Source of the DNA: a bacterium
GTDB taxonomy: Bacteria > UBA10199 > 2-02-FULL-50-16 > JAJFLM01
Direction of reading: 5' to 3'
Assembly (NCBI GenBank): GCA_965216315.1
Contig: CBDCFN010000016.1
Span: forward strand, 1,736,378-1,800,377
Length of the DNA: 64,000 bases
Position numbers and translations under genes: made by a program. Position 1 is the first letter of the stretch. Each line of letters begins with the position of its first letter. A model generated the notes under the pieces. That model was not told where the DNA came from. It was given only the letters and a program-made list of their open reading frames with translations, and did no database searches. Shown here piece after piece: positions 50,769 to 60,033 of this stretch.

Positions 50769-51230
50769 TTAAAGACCCTTAACTTCGCATATCATATCAA
50801 TCTCGACAGGCGCGCCCATGGGGAGCTCGACGACACCAACGGCGGCGCGGGCGTGCTTGCCAGCAGGGCCAAAGACCTCGACGAGCAGTTCACTCGCGGC
50901 ATCGAGAACTTTATGCTGTTCGCGAAAACCGACGCCACTGGTAACATAACCGGTGATTTTGACAACGCGCGTCACTTTATCGAGCTTGCCAATCTCACTC
51001 TTTAAGGCAGCGAGGCAGTTGATAATGCAGAGGCGCGCGGCCCGTCGGCCCGCCTCAAGAGTCAATTCGCGGCCTACCCGTCCCACATAGGCAATGCGCC
51101 CTTCTGATTTGGGTAACTGACCGCTGATATGAACAAAGCGGCCTGACTTGACCGCCGGTTTGTAATTCCCGAGGGCCTCGACTTCGGGTAAATCAATCTG
51201 AAGTTCTTGGATCCGCTTATCAAAACTCAT
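50769..51230 (-). CDS. ridA: RidA/YjgF family protein
   Basis: YjgF/chorismate-mutase-like fold motifs. Start moved to MSFDK (ATGA overlap with the upstream gene stop). Confidence 0.75.
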   Translation of the reverse strand: MSFDKRIQELQIDLPEVEALGNYKPAVKSGRFVHISGQLPKSEGRIAYVGRVGRELTLEAGRRAARLCIINCLAALKSEIGKLDKVTRVVKITGYVTSGVGFREQHKVLDAASELLVEVFGPAGKHARAAVGVVELPMGAPVEIDMICEVKGL

Positions 51231-52015
51231 TTGGTCTTCTTTGCAAAGATGATGATCGCCAACGGTTCGCGGCGGTGTTTTTGGTACCAATTCTTATCTT
51301 CATCTGTTTCCATTAACTTGCGCATCCCGCCATCGACAAAGATCTCGCGTATTTCAGTCGCCATAAGCCCTACTTTACTGAAAGCCCTAAAATACTTTTC
51401 CAATCCAATCCCTTCGGCCTCGTCAACGGCAGGACGCTGACGTACGGCCTCGAGAACCGCCTTACTATAGGGATGCCAGTCAATAATCGCCGCCCCCCCA
51501 CCGGGCTCGATGATACGGCCCAATTCCTGAATCAAACGGGATGTCGGAGCCGAGGGGATCGTCGGAGCGGACATAAGCGCCCAGCGACAACACCATTCTT
51601 TTAAGGGCAAACGATCCGCCATGGTTTTAAACCGCAGCTCGGTTTCATTAGGACTTCGTTGGGTACGAACTCGCCCCATATAACCAACTAAGACCTTGCC
51701 CGCACCCTTTTCTCTAAAGCTGGCGGTCAGCGGCGACCCGGTAAAAAGCAAGTGGGCGACAAACTTACCTGCAAAATCATCAGGTAAACGCGGTACAACC
51801 TCGCGCAATTGAATAACTTCAAAAAGCTCTCGCGATTTTGGTACTGAAAGACCGCCGGCAACCGAACGCGTTTCGGTAATTTCAGGCGCCTCGGGAATAG
51901 GTTTTGCCCTGGTAGCCGCCTTGGTTTCCTTTTTTCCAAATGGCCAGAGTCCCATTGTGCCGCCGACCTTACCGGAAAGCCTTTGACGGCACAACTCATT
52001 AACGCCCTGCAACAC
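51227..52015 (-). CDS. Possible class I SAM-dependent methyltransferase (low confidence) or hypothetical
   Basis: LIQELGRIIEPGGGAAIIDWHPY resembles a methyltransferase C-terminal region. The N-terminus is unclear. The track start would leave only 15 nt to pepA, so the true start is probably internal. Confidence 0.4.
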   Translation of the reverse strand: MLQGVNELCRQRLSGKVGGTMGLWPFGKKETKAATRAKPIPEAPEITETRSVAGGLSVPKSRELFEVIQLREVVPRLPDDFAGKFVAHLLFTGSPLTASFREKGAGKVLVGYMGRVRTQRSPNETELRFKTMADRLPLKEWCCRWALMSAPTIPSAPTSRLIQELGRIIEPGGGAAIIDWHPYSKAVLEAVRQRPAVDEAEGIGLEKYFRAFSKVGLMATEIREIFVDGGMRKLMETDEDKNWYQKHRREPLAIIIFAKKTK

Positions 52016-52062
52016 AGCCTCTACTTGACGTGCCGAAAGCAGACAGATATTGTCTCTGTTTC

Positions 52063-53550
52063 ATGAACTTTAAACTCTCCACTACCAAGATCGAACAAAG
52101 CTCCGCTGCGTTGCTTGTTGTTGGCTCCGATGCCGCCGCTCCAAAGACCGGCTCTTCACTCGACCGTATCGACAAAAAATTGGGGGGTTCGCTCCGCAAA
52201 ATTTTAAAAAACGAGGGGTTTAAGGGGAAAAATAGCGAATCTAAATTTGTTCATAGTCACGGCCCTTTAAAAGCTAATGCGGTTCTCGTCATTGGGTTGA
52301 CCTACAAAGATGATGGCGACCTGCCGATGCATCCGCTCGAACAGCTCCGTCAGGCTGCCGCTGCTGCCGCACGACTCGCCAATCAAAAGAAATGTAAATC
52401 GGTCGCTTTTGACCTGAGTGCCTGGTCGGATCGCACTATTGATGAGGCGGATCAGGTTCAGGCCGTCGTGGAAGGCATGGAACTCGCGGTTTACCGATTT
52501 GAAAAGTATCTGAAATCTCAAAAGGTCGCCGTTCAATCAGTTGACATCTTTGGAGCTCACTCCAATACGGCCAATCGTCAAGCTATTACGCGGGGGCAAG
52601 CAATCGCAGAGGGGACAAAACTTGCACGCGATCTGGTCAATACCCCGGCCTGCGACATGACGCCTAAACGCATTGCCCAGGAGTCGCGGCGTATCAGAGG
52701 CATTAATTGCCGCGTATACAATCGATCTGAAATTGCGCGGCTTAAAATGAATTCTTTTCTTTCTGTTTCCTTGGGAAGTGAACAACCACCGGCACTCATT
52801 CATATGACCTATCGTCCGCGCAGCCGGACGAAGAAATCGATTGCTATCGTAGGCAAAGGCGTCACGTTTGACAGCGGGGGTCTTTCCATTAAACCAGCCG
52901 TTTCAATGGAGACGATGAAAGATGACATGGCTGGTGCGGCCGCCGTCGTGGGTCTCATGGCGACGTTGTCCAAATTGAAACCGGACTGCACAGTCCATGG
53001 GATTATCGCCGCCACCGAAAATATGCCCTCGGGGAATGCCGTCAAACCCGGCGACGTTGTTAGGGCGATGAATGGCAAAACGATTGAAGTTCTTAACACG
53101 GACGCCGAGGGACGCCTCACGCTGGCGGACGCTATTCATTTTGTGCTCCAGAAAAAACCGGACCTTGTCATTGATATGGCCACCCTTACGGGAGCGTGTC
53201 TTGTCGCTTTAGGTGAGCGCGTCTCCGGTATCATGGGTAATGATGATGAGTTAATCGACAGTCTCATTGAAACAGGTGATGCCGCGGGAGAGCTCATGTG
53301 GCAATTACCCCTCATCAACGAATATGCCGACCAGATTAAAAGTTCGATTGCGGATGTAAAAAATATTGGCGGACGTTGGGGCGGCACCATCACCGCAGGT
53401 CTTTTTCTCAAACAATTTGTCGATGATACCCCCTGGGCCCATATCGACATCGCCGGGCCTTCTTGGACCGACAAACCGCTGCCCTATGCCCCGCGGGGTG
53501 GGACCGGTTGTCTCGTCAACACCCTCACCCGCTTCATCCTAGATTACTGA
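52063..53550 (+). CDS. pepA: Leucyl aminopeptidase (M17)
   Basis: M17 signature NTDAEGRLTLADA. N-terminus MNFKLSTTKIEQSSAALLVVG matches PepA. Start moved from the track GTG at 52030. Confidence 0.92.
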   Translation: MNFKLSTTKIEQSSAALLVVGSDAAAPKTGSSLDRIDKKLGGSLRKILKNEGFKGKNSESKFVHSHGPLKANAVLVIGLTYKDDGDLPMHPLEQLRQAAAAAARLANQKKCKSVAFDLSAWSDRTIDEADQVQAVVEGMELAVYRFEKYLKSQKVAVQSVDIFGAHSNTANRQAITRGQAIAEGTKLARDLVNTPACDMTPKRIAQESRRIRGINCRVYNRSEIARLKMNSFLSVSLGSEQPPALIHMTYRPRSRTKKSIAIVGKGVTFDSGGLSIKPAVSMETMKDDMAGAAAVVGLMATLSKLKPDCTVHGIIAATENMPSGNAVKPGDVVRAMNGKTIEVLNTDAEGRLTLADAIHFVLQKKPDLVIDMATLTGACLVALGERVSGIMGNDDELIDSLIETGDAAGELMWQLPLINEYADQIKSSIADVKNIGGRWGGTITAGLFLKQFVDDTPWAHIDIAGPSWTDKPLPYAPRGGTGCLVNTLTRFILDY

Positions 53551-53799
53551 CCGCACTTCGAGAATGACACATCTGCGGTGTTGAGTTCACTGCAAATTAT
53601 TACCGGCTCTCAAATCAAGTGAAATAGCACCTCTGCCGATTGTGCAGCCAAAAAACCCTTGAGCCACAAGGCTTTCGCAAGATGGGCCTGAACGGTTTTT
53701 TTTGACACAGCGCATCCCTACCCAACTCCCTGATTTCATAAAAGCATTGCCATTCTTGCCCGAGATCCTTCGACACGCCACGTCATTTACCAACACGGC

Positions 53800-53828
53800 T
53801 TGACACACTACATATTGTGGCTCTAAAT
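53800..53828 (+). promoter_or_regulatory. Candidate sigma-70 promoter of nrdJ (TTGACA - 17 nt - CTAAAT)
   Basis: Perfect -35 hexamer at 53800-53805 and a -10-like hexamer at 53823-53828. A second TATAAT lies at 53884-53889. Confidence 0.45.
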
Positions 53829-53852
53829 GGCGCATACCACAATATGATGTAT
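53805..53852 (+). promoter_or_regulatory. Tandem NrdR boxes (NrdR operator) upstream of nrdJ
   Basis: ACACTACATATTGTGG (53805-53820) and CCACAATATGATGTAT (53837-53852) match the 16-bp NrdR consensus acaCwAtATaTwGtgt (14/16 and about 11/16). They sit 32 bp apart and overlap the -35/-10 region. Confidence 0.65.
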
Positions 53853-53915
53853 CAACAGCTTATCGACAGGCTGTAAACAAGTTATAATATAAACATTAAT
53901 CTGAGGGGGTTTTTC

Positions 53916-56852
53916 ATGGGCAATACGGCGATCGCACGGACAAAAGTCACTAAAGCAGGGAGCACAGCGCGCAAAAAGACCCAACCCAAACTTAAACGCG
54001 CGGGCCTGGCGATCTCACGCCATTTCACCGTCGAGGGACAGGATCCCCTCGATCAAGTGACGTGGACCCAACGGGATGCGGTCATTACGGAACCCGATGG
54101 GACGGTTGTCTTCGAACTCAAAGACGCCGAAATCCCTGAGAGCTGGTCCCAGCTGGCGACGGATATCGCGACAGCCAAGTACTTCCGCAAAGCCGGAGTT
54201 CCTGACGCCAGTCGCGGAGCTCCTGGCACCTCGGGCGTCGGAGACGCTGAACCGACGGGACGTGAGACCAGCGTTCGCCAGCTAGTCTATCGCGTAGCCC
54301 ATACCCTGCGCGTCTCCGGCGAAGACCAAGGTTACTTTGATGGAGCCGAATCCGCTCAGGCCTTCGAAGATGAATTGACCCATCTCCTCGTGAATCAAAT
54401 GGGCGCCTTTAATTCACCGGTCTGGTTTAACTGCGGGCTCTATCACCAATATGGAATCGTCGGCTCGGCAGGCAATTGGTATTGGGATACCAAGAAAGGG
54501 GCGCTCACGCCGCTCGACAACTCCTATGCGCAACCGCAATGCTCGGCCTGTTTTATTCAGAATGTCGATGACGATCTGATGAGTCTGTTTGATCTCGCCA
54601 AGAACGAGGCGCGGCTCTTCAAATATGGTTCCGGAACCGGAACCAATTTTTCGTCGATTCGTGGACGTCAGGAAAAACTCTCCGGTGGTGGCACCTCATC
54701 GGGACTGATGAGTTTCCTCGAAGTCCTCGATAAAGGGGCCGGAGCCACGAAGTCGGGTGGAACCACGCGCCGCGCAGCCAAGATGGTCTGCCTCGATATG
54801 GACCACCCCGAAATTGCTGACTTCATTACTTGGAAAGAAAAAGAAGAAGACAAGGCCAAGCATCTCATCGCCGCCGGTTATGATGCGGACTTCAACGGCG
54901 AGGCCTATCACACCGTATCCGGACAAAACTCGAATAATTCGGTCCGTATTACCGACGAGTTTATGGAGGCCTATCTCAATGACGGCGAATGGCAAACAAC
55001 CATGCGCACCACTGGTGAAGTCTGCGACACTTACAAGGCCCGCGACTTGATGAAGATGATCGCCCGCGCCGCCTGGTCTTGTGCCGACCCCGGAGTACAA
55101 TACGACACGACGATTAATGATTGGCATACCTGTGCGGCGACCGACCGTATTCATGCCTCCAATCCCTGTTCCGAATATATGTTCTTGGATGATTCGGCCT
55201 GCAACCTCGCCTCGCTCAACTTGATGAAGTTCCGGCGTGCAGACGGTAGTTTCGATGTCGAGGCGTACAGGCACGCCAATCGCGTCTTTATTACGGCTCA
55301 AGAGATCATCGTCGACTTTGCCTCCTATCCGACTAGGACGATTGCACAAAACAGTCACGACTATCGCCCTTTAGGAATCGGTTATGCCAACCTGGGCACG
55401 CTGCTCATGACCAATGGCATCCCTTATGATTCCGACAAGGGACGCGCCTGGGCCGGCGCCATTACCGCCATTATGACAGGCGAATCGTATGCGACCTCCG
55501 CCGAAATCGCCGGGGTCACCGGACCTTTTCCGGGATTCAAACCCAACCGCGAATCGATGCTCAGGGTCATGAACAAGCACCGTGATGCGGTCCAAGATAT
55601 TGATGCCCGTTATTGCCCCCAAGAAATGTTGAGCGCCGCCCAAGATTGTTGGGATCGTGCCGTTGAAACGGGTGAAGAACACGGTTATCGCAATTCACAA
55701 ACTTCGGTGCTGGCTCCGACCGGCACGATCGGTCTGTTAATGGATTGTGACACAACCGGTGTCGAGCCTGAATTCTCGCTCGTTAAATATAAGAAGCTCG
55801 CCGGGGGCGGCTACTTCAAAATCATTAACCAATCGGTGCCACTGGCCTTGCAGCACCTGGGTTACAATGAAGATGAAATCAAAACGATCAATGACTATGT
55901 CCTCGAGACCGGCAAGATCGAAGGCGCGCCCGGGCTCAAAGAAGAGGATCTGCCTGTCTTTGATACCGCCAACCGTAATGGCGATGGTCAACGCTTCATC
56001 GACCCGATGGGGCATATCAAAATGATGGCGGCCACCCAGCCTTTCTTGTCGGGCGCGATTTCCAAAACCATCAACATCCCCAACGAAGCCGGCATTGAGG
56101 ATATCGAAAAACTCTACGTCGAATCATGGAAGCTTGGTTTAAAGGCGGTCGCCCTCTATCGCGATGGCTGCAAATCATCGCAGCCGCTCAATACGAGCTC
56201 GGATGAAGCCGTTGAAGAGGAAGAAGCTAAAGAAGCCCGCGGTGATCGTGAGTCCCTCCCCTTGCGGCGCAAAGGTTTCACGGTCGAGTCCAGTGTCCGC
56301 GGCCATAAAATCTTTCTGCGTACGGGTGAATATAACGACGGCCGTCTCGGTGAGATTTTCATCGATATGTACAAAGAAGGTGCCGCCTATCGCAGCTTGG
56401 TCAACTGCTTTGCAATCGCCGTCTCGATCGGCCTGCAATACGGCGTGCCTCTCGAAAAATTCGTGAACAGCTTTACCTTTACGCGTTTCGAACCTCAGGG
56501 CATGACGGATCACCCGAATATTAAGATCTCGACGTCGATCATCGACTTTGTCTTCCGCGTCTTGGGCATGGAGTACCTCGGCCGCACCGATTTTCTCCAT
56601 TTAAAACCCAAGACGGTTGATGAAATAGATACCCAGGAAAAAGCCGAACGGGCGATGCTTGAAACCAGTTCGACTGCCGCTTCGGCCGCCCAACCGGTCA
56701 TTGAAGATGACATCACGCCAGGTGGGATGGGGGATCATCTCGCGGACATGATGGGCGATGCCCCGGCCTGTGACAGTTGCGGGCACATCACGGTGCGCAA
56801 CGGCGCCTGTTATAAATGCCTCAACTGCGGCAACTCAATGGGTTGCAGTTAA
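53916..56852 (+). CDS. nrdJ: Class II (adenosylcobalamin-dependent) ribonucleotide reductase with a C-terminal Cys4 zinc ribbon
   Basis: RNR catalytic core (ten-stranded barrel motifs, PCSEY, ...NLASLNL...) in a single 978-aa chain. C-terminal CDSCG...CYKCLNCG. Confidence 0.9.
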   Translation: MGNTAIARTKVTKAGSTARKKTQPKLKRAGLAISRHFTVEGQDPLDQVTWTQRDAVITEPDGTVVFELKDAEIPESWSQLATDIATAKYFRKAGVPDASRGAPGTSGVGDAEPTGRETSVRQLVYRVAHTLRVSGEDQGYFDGAESAQAFEDELTHLLVNQMGAFNSPVWFNCGLYHQYGIVGSAGNWYWDTKKGALTPLDNSYAQPQCSACFIQNVDDDLMSLFDLAKNEARLFKYGSGTGTNFSSIRGRQEKLSGGGTSSGLMSFLEVLDKGAGATKSGGTTRRAAKMVCLDMDHPEIADFITWKEKEEDKAKHLIAAGYDADFNGEAYHTVSGQNSNNSVRITDEFMEAYLNDGEWQTTMRTTGEVCDTYKARDLMKMIARAAWSCADPGVQYDTTINDWHTCAATDRIHASNPCSEYMFLDDSACNLASLNLMKFRRADGSFDVEAYRHANRVFITAQEIIVDFASYPTRTIAQNSHDYRPLGIGYANLGTLLMTNGIPYDSDKGRAWAGAITAIMTGESYATSAEIAGVTGPFPGFKPNRESMLRVMNKHRDAVQDIDARYCPQEMLSAAQDCWDRAVETGEEHGYRNSQTSVLAPTGTIGLLMDCDTTGVEPEFSLVKYKKLAGGGYFKIINQSVPLALQHLGYNEDEIKTINDYVLETGKIEGAPGLKEEDLPVFDTANRNGDGQRFIDPMGHIKMMAATQPFLSGAISKTINIPNEAGIEDIEKLYVESWKLGLKAVALYRDGCKSSQPLNTSSDEAVEEEEAKEARGDRESLPLRRKGFTVESSVRGHKIFLRTGEYNDGRLGEIFIDMYKEGAAYRSLVNCFAIAVSIGLQYGVPLEKFVNSFTFTRFEPQGMTDHPNIKISTSIIDFVFRVLGMEYLGRTDFLHLKPKTVDEIDTQEKAERAMLETSSTAASAAQPVIEDDITPGGMGDHLADMMGDAPACDSCGHITVRNGACYKCLNCGNSMGCS

Positions 56853-56898
56853 AGATTTAGGGACAATGGGGAACGTGAATGGGAGAAAAAACTTCCCC

Positions 56899-56948
56899 GC
56901 CTCCCTCGACTGGCTGGAGGGTTCTAGTCGGGGGAGGTTAAATTTTTT
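56899..56948. terminator. Bidirectional intrinsic terminator between nrdJ and higA
   Basis: 11-bp stem (GCCTCCCTCGAC / GTCGGGGGAGG) with a 16-nt loop, flanked by TTAAATTTTTT on the plus strand and a U-run on the minus strand. Confidence 0.55.
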
Positions 56949-57255
56949 ACGCCACCCGCTTCCCCTCCCGGTCCACAAACGCGACGCAGATATCGACCTT
57001 CAGCGCGTCACACGCGCGGAGAATCCACTTCATCGAGGTATTCTTACCGGAAAATTTTTCATAGACCGCTTGGCGCGAGATATTCATGCGCCGGGCCAGC
57101 TCATTCATGCTGACTCCTTTTTCAGTCATAACCGCACCTAATCCGACAAGTATATCCTTGAAACGAATAAAATTCTGATCTTCAGGATCATTCGCGTCGA
57201 GACCTAGCAAGTCGACTACGGATATTTTTCGTGGCTCTTTAGATATTTTTTCCAC
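56947..57255 (-). CDS. higA: XRE-family HTH antitoxin (HigA-like)
   Basis: HTH SMNELARRMNISRQAVYEKFSG. GTG start. Lies downstream of and overlapping the toxin gene. Confidence 0.75.
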   Translation of the reverse strand: MEKISKEPRKISVVDLLGLDANDPEDQNFIRFKDILVGLGAVMTEKGVSMNELARRMNISRQAVYEKFSGKNTSMKWILRACDALKVDICVAFVDREGKRVA

Positions 57256-57623
57256 CTCTTTATTCCTCGATTAATGGCATGGCTGAGTTTGCCGCGACTC
57301 TTGTGCACGGCAGCAACGATAACCGTATTGTTATCGTCGATAATAAAAATAATGCGCCCGCCTTTACAAAGATCTCGTGCCTCCCAAACATCTCCATTTT
57401 TTGTCGTCACTTGGCGGTCGAGTTTCTTTATATATCCACACTTAATATACGGCGCTAACGACTTGGCTTGCTGTCGACACGACGCGACCATCGAGATCAC
57501 CCAAAAAAGATGTTTGCGCTCGGCCTTACTCAGTCCAAAGGCAACGGAATCTTTGAAGAGGACATTCTGACCCTCCTCTTCCAGGACCCAGAGGCCCTCT
57601 GCTATTTTGAGTATAGCGACCAT
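57216..57623 (-). CDS. higB: Gp49-like / HigB-family type II toxin (RelE/ParE superfamily)
   Basis: NGDVWEARDLCKGGRIIFIIDDNNTVIVAAVHKSRGKLSHAINRGIKRWKKYL matches the G.VWElR ... RI.F ... I.L..F.KK motifs of phage Gp49-like toxins. Toxin-first order is typical of higBA. Confidence 0.75.
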   Translation of the reverse strand: MVAILKIAEGLWVLEEEGQNVLFKDSVAFGLSKAERKHLFWVISMVASCRQQAKSLAPYIKCGYIKKLDRQVTTKNGDVWEARDLCKGGRIIFIIDDNNTVIVAAVHKSRGKLSHAINRGIKRWKKYLKSHEKYP

Positions 57624-57630
57624 AGGCTCC

Positions 57631-57673
57631 CAATGTAAAGATATATCTTACGGTAAGTTATTTCCTTACATTG
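57631..57673. promoter_or_regulatory. Nested palindrome directly upstream of higB (putative HigA operator)
   Basis: CAATGTAAAG ... CCTTACATTG outer arms (57631-57640 and 57664-57673) enclosing CTTAC-G-GTAAG (57647-57657) and an ATATAT stretch. Lies 8 nt from the higB start codon. Confidence 0.55.
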
Positions 57674-57870
57674 ACCGTGTTGCTGATCGGCGCGACGCAT
57701 CCTCCAGTTAAGAGCAAATGAGGTGCCAATAATATTTACTTAAATTGCAAAGGTTTACGATTACAGACTTCAGACGACCGTCTCATTCTGGGACACCATG
57801 AGACTCACATCGCTATACTCTCCCCATGCGCTTCGCCATTGAACGAATTAGGTCGCGTCTCCAAAAACAC

Positions 57871-57972
57871 TTAATCCCTCATGATCATAGAGGAGGTGCG
57901 GTGATCTCGATTGGCATCCCCATAGCGTACCTCGGTCACGGTCACGCCGGCTGACTGCTTTCCTTCCCCAAC
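57871..57972 (-). pseudogene. Truncated third copy of the FG-GAP-like paralogue motif, in frame after the stop of paralogue P1
   Basis: Minus-strand translation after P1 TAG: VGEGKQSAGVTVTEVRYGDANRDHRTSSMIMRD*. nt 57903-57951 are about 90% identical to 58064-58112 inside P1. Confidence 0.6.
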
Positions 57973-58467
57973 CTACATCGCGGGGGCCATGGCACGTCCC
58001 CCGCCACGCTGCTGATAGAGTAGCGCGGCCCCATTGGAAAGCCGGACCAGGATATCCGTACGGCGATCTCTATTGACATCCCCGTAGCGTACCTCGCTCA
58101 CGGTCACACCGGCCGGCAGACTCCTCAGGAGTCCATCGCGTGTCGCCGCGGAAGCAAGGTCTTCATCCACCTCACTCTGAGCCGCTTCACAACTATTCCG
58201 GCCACAGCGTTCCCAACCGACAAATATGACCGGCCAAGAACTCCGTCCTGCCAGCGTCATGCTGCGATACCCCGTTTCCAAGCGAAAAAAAGAACTGACG
58301 CGCGAACGGCCCGTCCCTAAAGGAATTTGCGCCTCGACCTGCGTGACGGGACCCTGCGGCGAATCTCCAGTCGTTAGTTGAACTTGATGACTCAATCGAC
58401 CTTGATCGATCAAGTATTGTGCTCGCTCCGCAGAAATCTCTGTAGCATGAAACCGAACCCTACTCAT
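57973..58467 (-). CDS. Hypothetical protein P1 (164 aa), paralogue of P2; single FG-GAP-like Ca-loop motif
   Basis: About 50% identical to P2 over about 155 aa. CGRNSC Cys pair. GVTVSEVRYGDVNRDRRTDILVRLSNGAALL. No signal peptide seen. Confidence 0.65.
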   Translation of the reverse strand: MSRVRFHATEISAERAQYLIDQGRLSHQVQLTTGDSPQGPVTQVEAQIPLGTGRSRVSSFFRLETGYRSMTLAGRSSWPVIFVGWERCGRNSCEAAQSEVDEDLASAATRDGLLRSLPAGVTVSEVRYGDVNRDRRTDILVRLSNGAALLYQQRGGGRAMAPAM

Positions 58468-58511
58468 GACGTATCTCCTTCTCGCACCAAATGATGAATC
58501 GATTTATTTTT

Positions 58512-59420
58512 TTATGGCCGCCGACCCCGCACCCGAATCGTCTCAATGGTGCGGAAGTTTTGCCCATCGGTCGAAACCTCAATAGGAATGGTATGAATCC
58601 GACCGTCCGCAGTCTCGACGAGATCGCGACCTTGTTGAGCCAATGTAATATGATTGGACCCGGCAGTCACCTCGAAGCGCCTCACTCGGGGTGGCACCCC
58701 GGCACGGACATAGAGGGTTCCCGCGCGCTCGGCCTGAACTGAAAGTCTCACGCTATCCCGATAGTAATAATTGACTGGAATACCGGCAACGCGCACTTGA
58801 ACATTTCCGGCAGAATTATTGGCTGGAGGACGCGCGCCGGGTCCCGTCTGTTTCTCTGCACGTGACTCATTGAATGGGTTATCGAGATCATCTTGGGGCA
58901 CATCCACCCCCAACCTATTTCCTGGACTTAGTCGCCATCTTTGAGGGCGAAGCAAATCCCTTGGGTTCTGTCTCAACAGATGAGCCGCGCCATTAGAAAA
59001 TCTGACGAGGATATCCGTTAAACCATCATCATTCGCATCTCCATAGCGAACATCGGTGACGGTCACACCTTGAGGAAGACTGCTTATATGTTCATCATTA
59101 ATCGAGGTCTCGATCCTCGCCTCATCGACGATGCGACGTGCGGATTCACAGCTTCCCGTCCCGCAGGGTAACCAACCCGTAAACAGAATCGGCCAAGACA
59201 CCTGGCCACTAAAAGTCTGAGCTCGATAACCTAGTTCAAGTCGAAAGTAAGAAAGTTGCCCTTGGTTTCGCAGAGGTATCTGGCCTCCCACATAGAACGT
59301 CCGCCCTTGGGGCGTGTCTTGCGTATTGAGAATGAGTTGCTGATTAAAATGACCCTGATCGATCAGACGTTGGGCGCGGTCTGACGATATTTCAACAGTA
59401 CGGTACGGTATCGTGCTCAT
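58512..59420 (-). CDS. Hypothetical protein P2 (302 aa), paralogue of P1 with an extra C-terminal domain
   Basis: CGTGSC; GVTVTDVRYGDANDDGLTDILVRFSNGAAHLL (FG-GAP-like). The C-terminal 150 aa has no recognisable family. Confidence 0.65.
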   Translation of the reverse strand: MSTIPYRTVEISSDRAQRLIDQGHFNQQLILNTQDTPQGRTFYVGGQIPLRNQGQLSYFRLELGYRAQTFSGQVSWPILFTGWLPCGTGSCESARRIVDEARIETSINDEHISSLPQGVTVTDVRYGDANDDGLTDILVRFSNGAAHLLRQNPRDLLRPQRWRLSPGNRLGVDVPQDDLDNPFNESRAEKQTGPGARPPANNSAGNVQVRVAGIPVNYYYRDSVRLSVQAERAGTLYVRAGVPPRVRRFEVTAGSNHITLAQQGRDLVETADGRIHTIPIEVSTDGQNFRTIETIRVRGRRP

Positions 59421-59565
59421 AACGAGCCTCCTAGCCGCACCAGTTGTTCATATCAGATGCTTTTTACATCGACGCGCAGCCCCATATGTTGCGTGAAAAG
59501 CATTCTCCCCTTTCTTAAAATGACATAATTTGTTACCTATTTTCGGCAAAGAACAGAGCATCGCT

Positions 59566-60027
59566 ATGACCAACCCCTACGACCAGATTATCAAGGACAT
59601 CGACCGCAAGCCCTCCTTCAAACGACGTTGGACCGTACGCCTGATATTCGGCGGGTTCATCGCGCTGATGATCGCGGGTCCGGGAGTCGCGGCATTTCCG
59701 AGCCTCATCAAACTGACGCAACCTTTACTCTGCTCGAACGGTGAGATTATCACTCAAAAACATCATCTCGGCTCGGGAACAACTCGAGAATTTACCATCG
59801 CTGTTCATTGTCTAAAACCAAACGGAGAAAAATCTCCGGTCGGGACCTTTATCTCCATTGTTACCTTATTCGCGCTCTTACTCTTCCCCTGTATGATCGG
59901 CATCGCTTTCCTTGGGCAAGTCTGGAAATGGCATATGATCCGCAAATACGGCCCCAACTACAAAGAACAACTCCGCCGTTCGGCACAGGCCCGCCGGCAA
60001 CGTTACGCAGAGCGGCAACGCTCTTGA
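59566..60027 (+). CDS. Small two-TM membrane protein with a basic C-terminal tail, hypothetical
   Basis: Two hydrophobic helices (LIFGGFIALMIAG, IVTLFALLLFPCMIGIAFLG). C-terminal RRSAQARRQRYAERQRS. Start taken at ATG 59566. Confidence 0.5.
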   Translation: MTNPYDQIIKDIDRKPSFKRRWTVRLIFGGFIALMIAGPGVAAFPSLIKLTQPLLCSNGEIITQKHHLGSGTTREFTIAVHCLKPNGEKSPVGTFISIVTLFALLLFPCMIGIAFLGQVWKWHMIRKYGPNYKEQLRRSAQARRQRYAERQRS

Positions 60028-60033
60028 TAGCTT

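Noticed and set aside
51727-51999. 90-aa minus-strand ORF overlapping the putative methyltransferase gene in another frame
   Set aside because: It lies fully within a longer ORF and has no independent signals.
53551-53799. Cobalamin riboswitch upstream of nrdJ
   Set aside because: B12 riboswitches normally repress the B12-independent RNRs, not nrdJ. I saw no B12-box-like element. The region is better explained by the pepA terminator and the NrdR operator.
54696-55358. 220-aa minus-strand ORF inside nrdJ
   Set aside because: It is antisense to a strongly supported RNR gene. It is Gly/Arg-rich and looks spurious.
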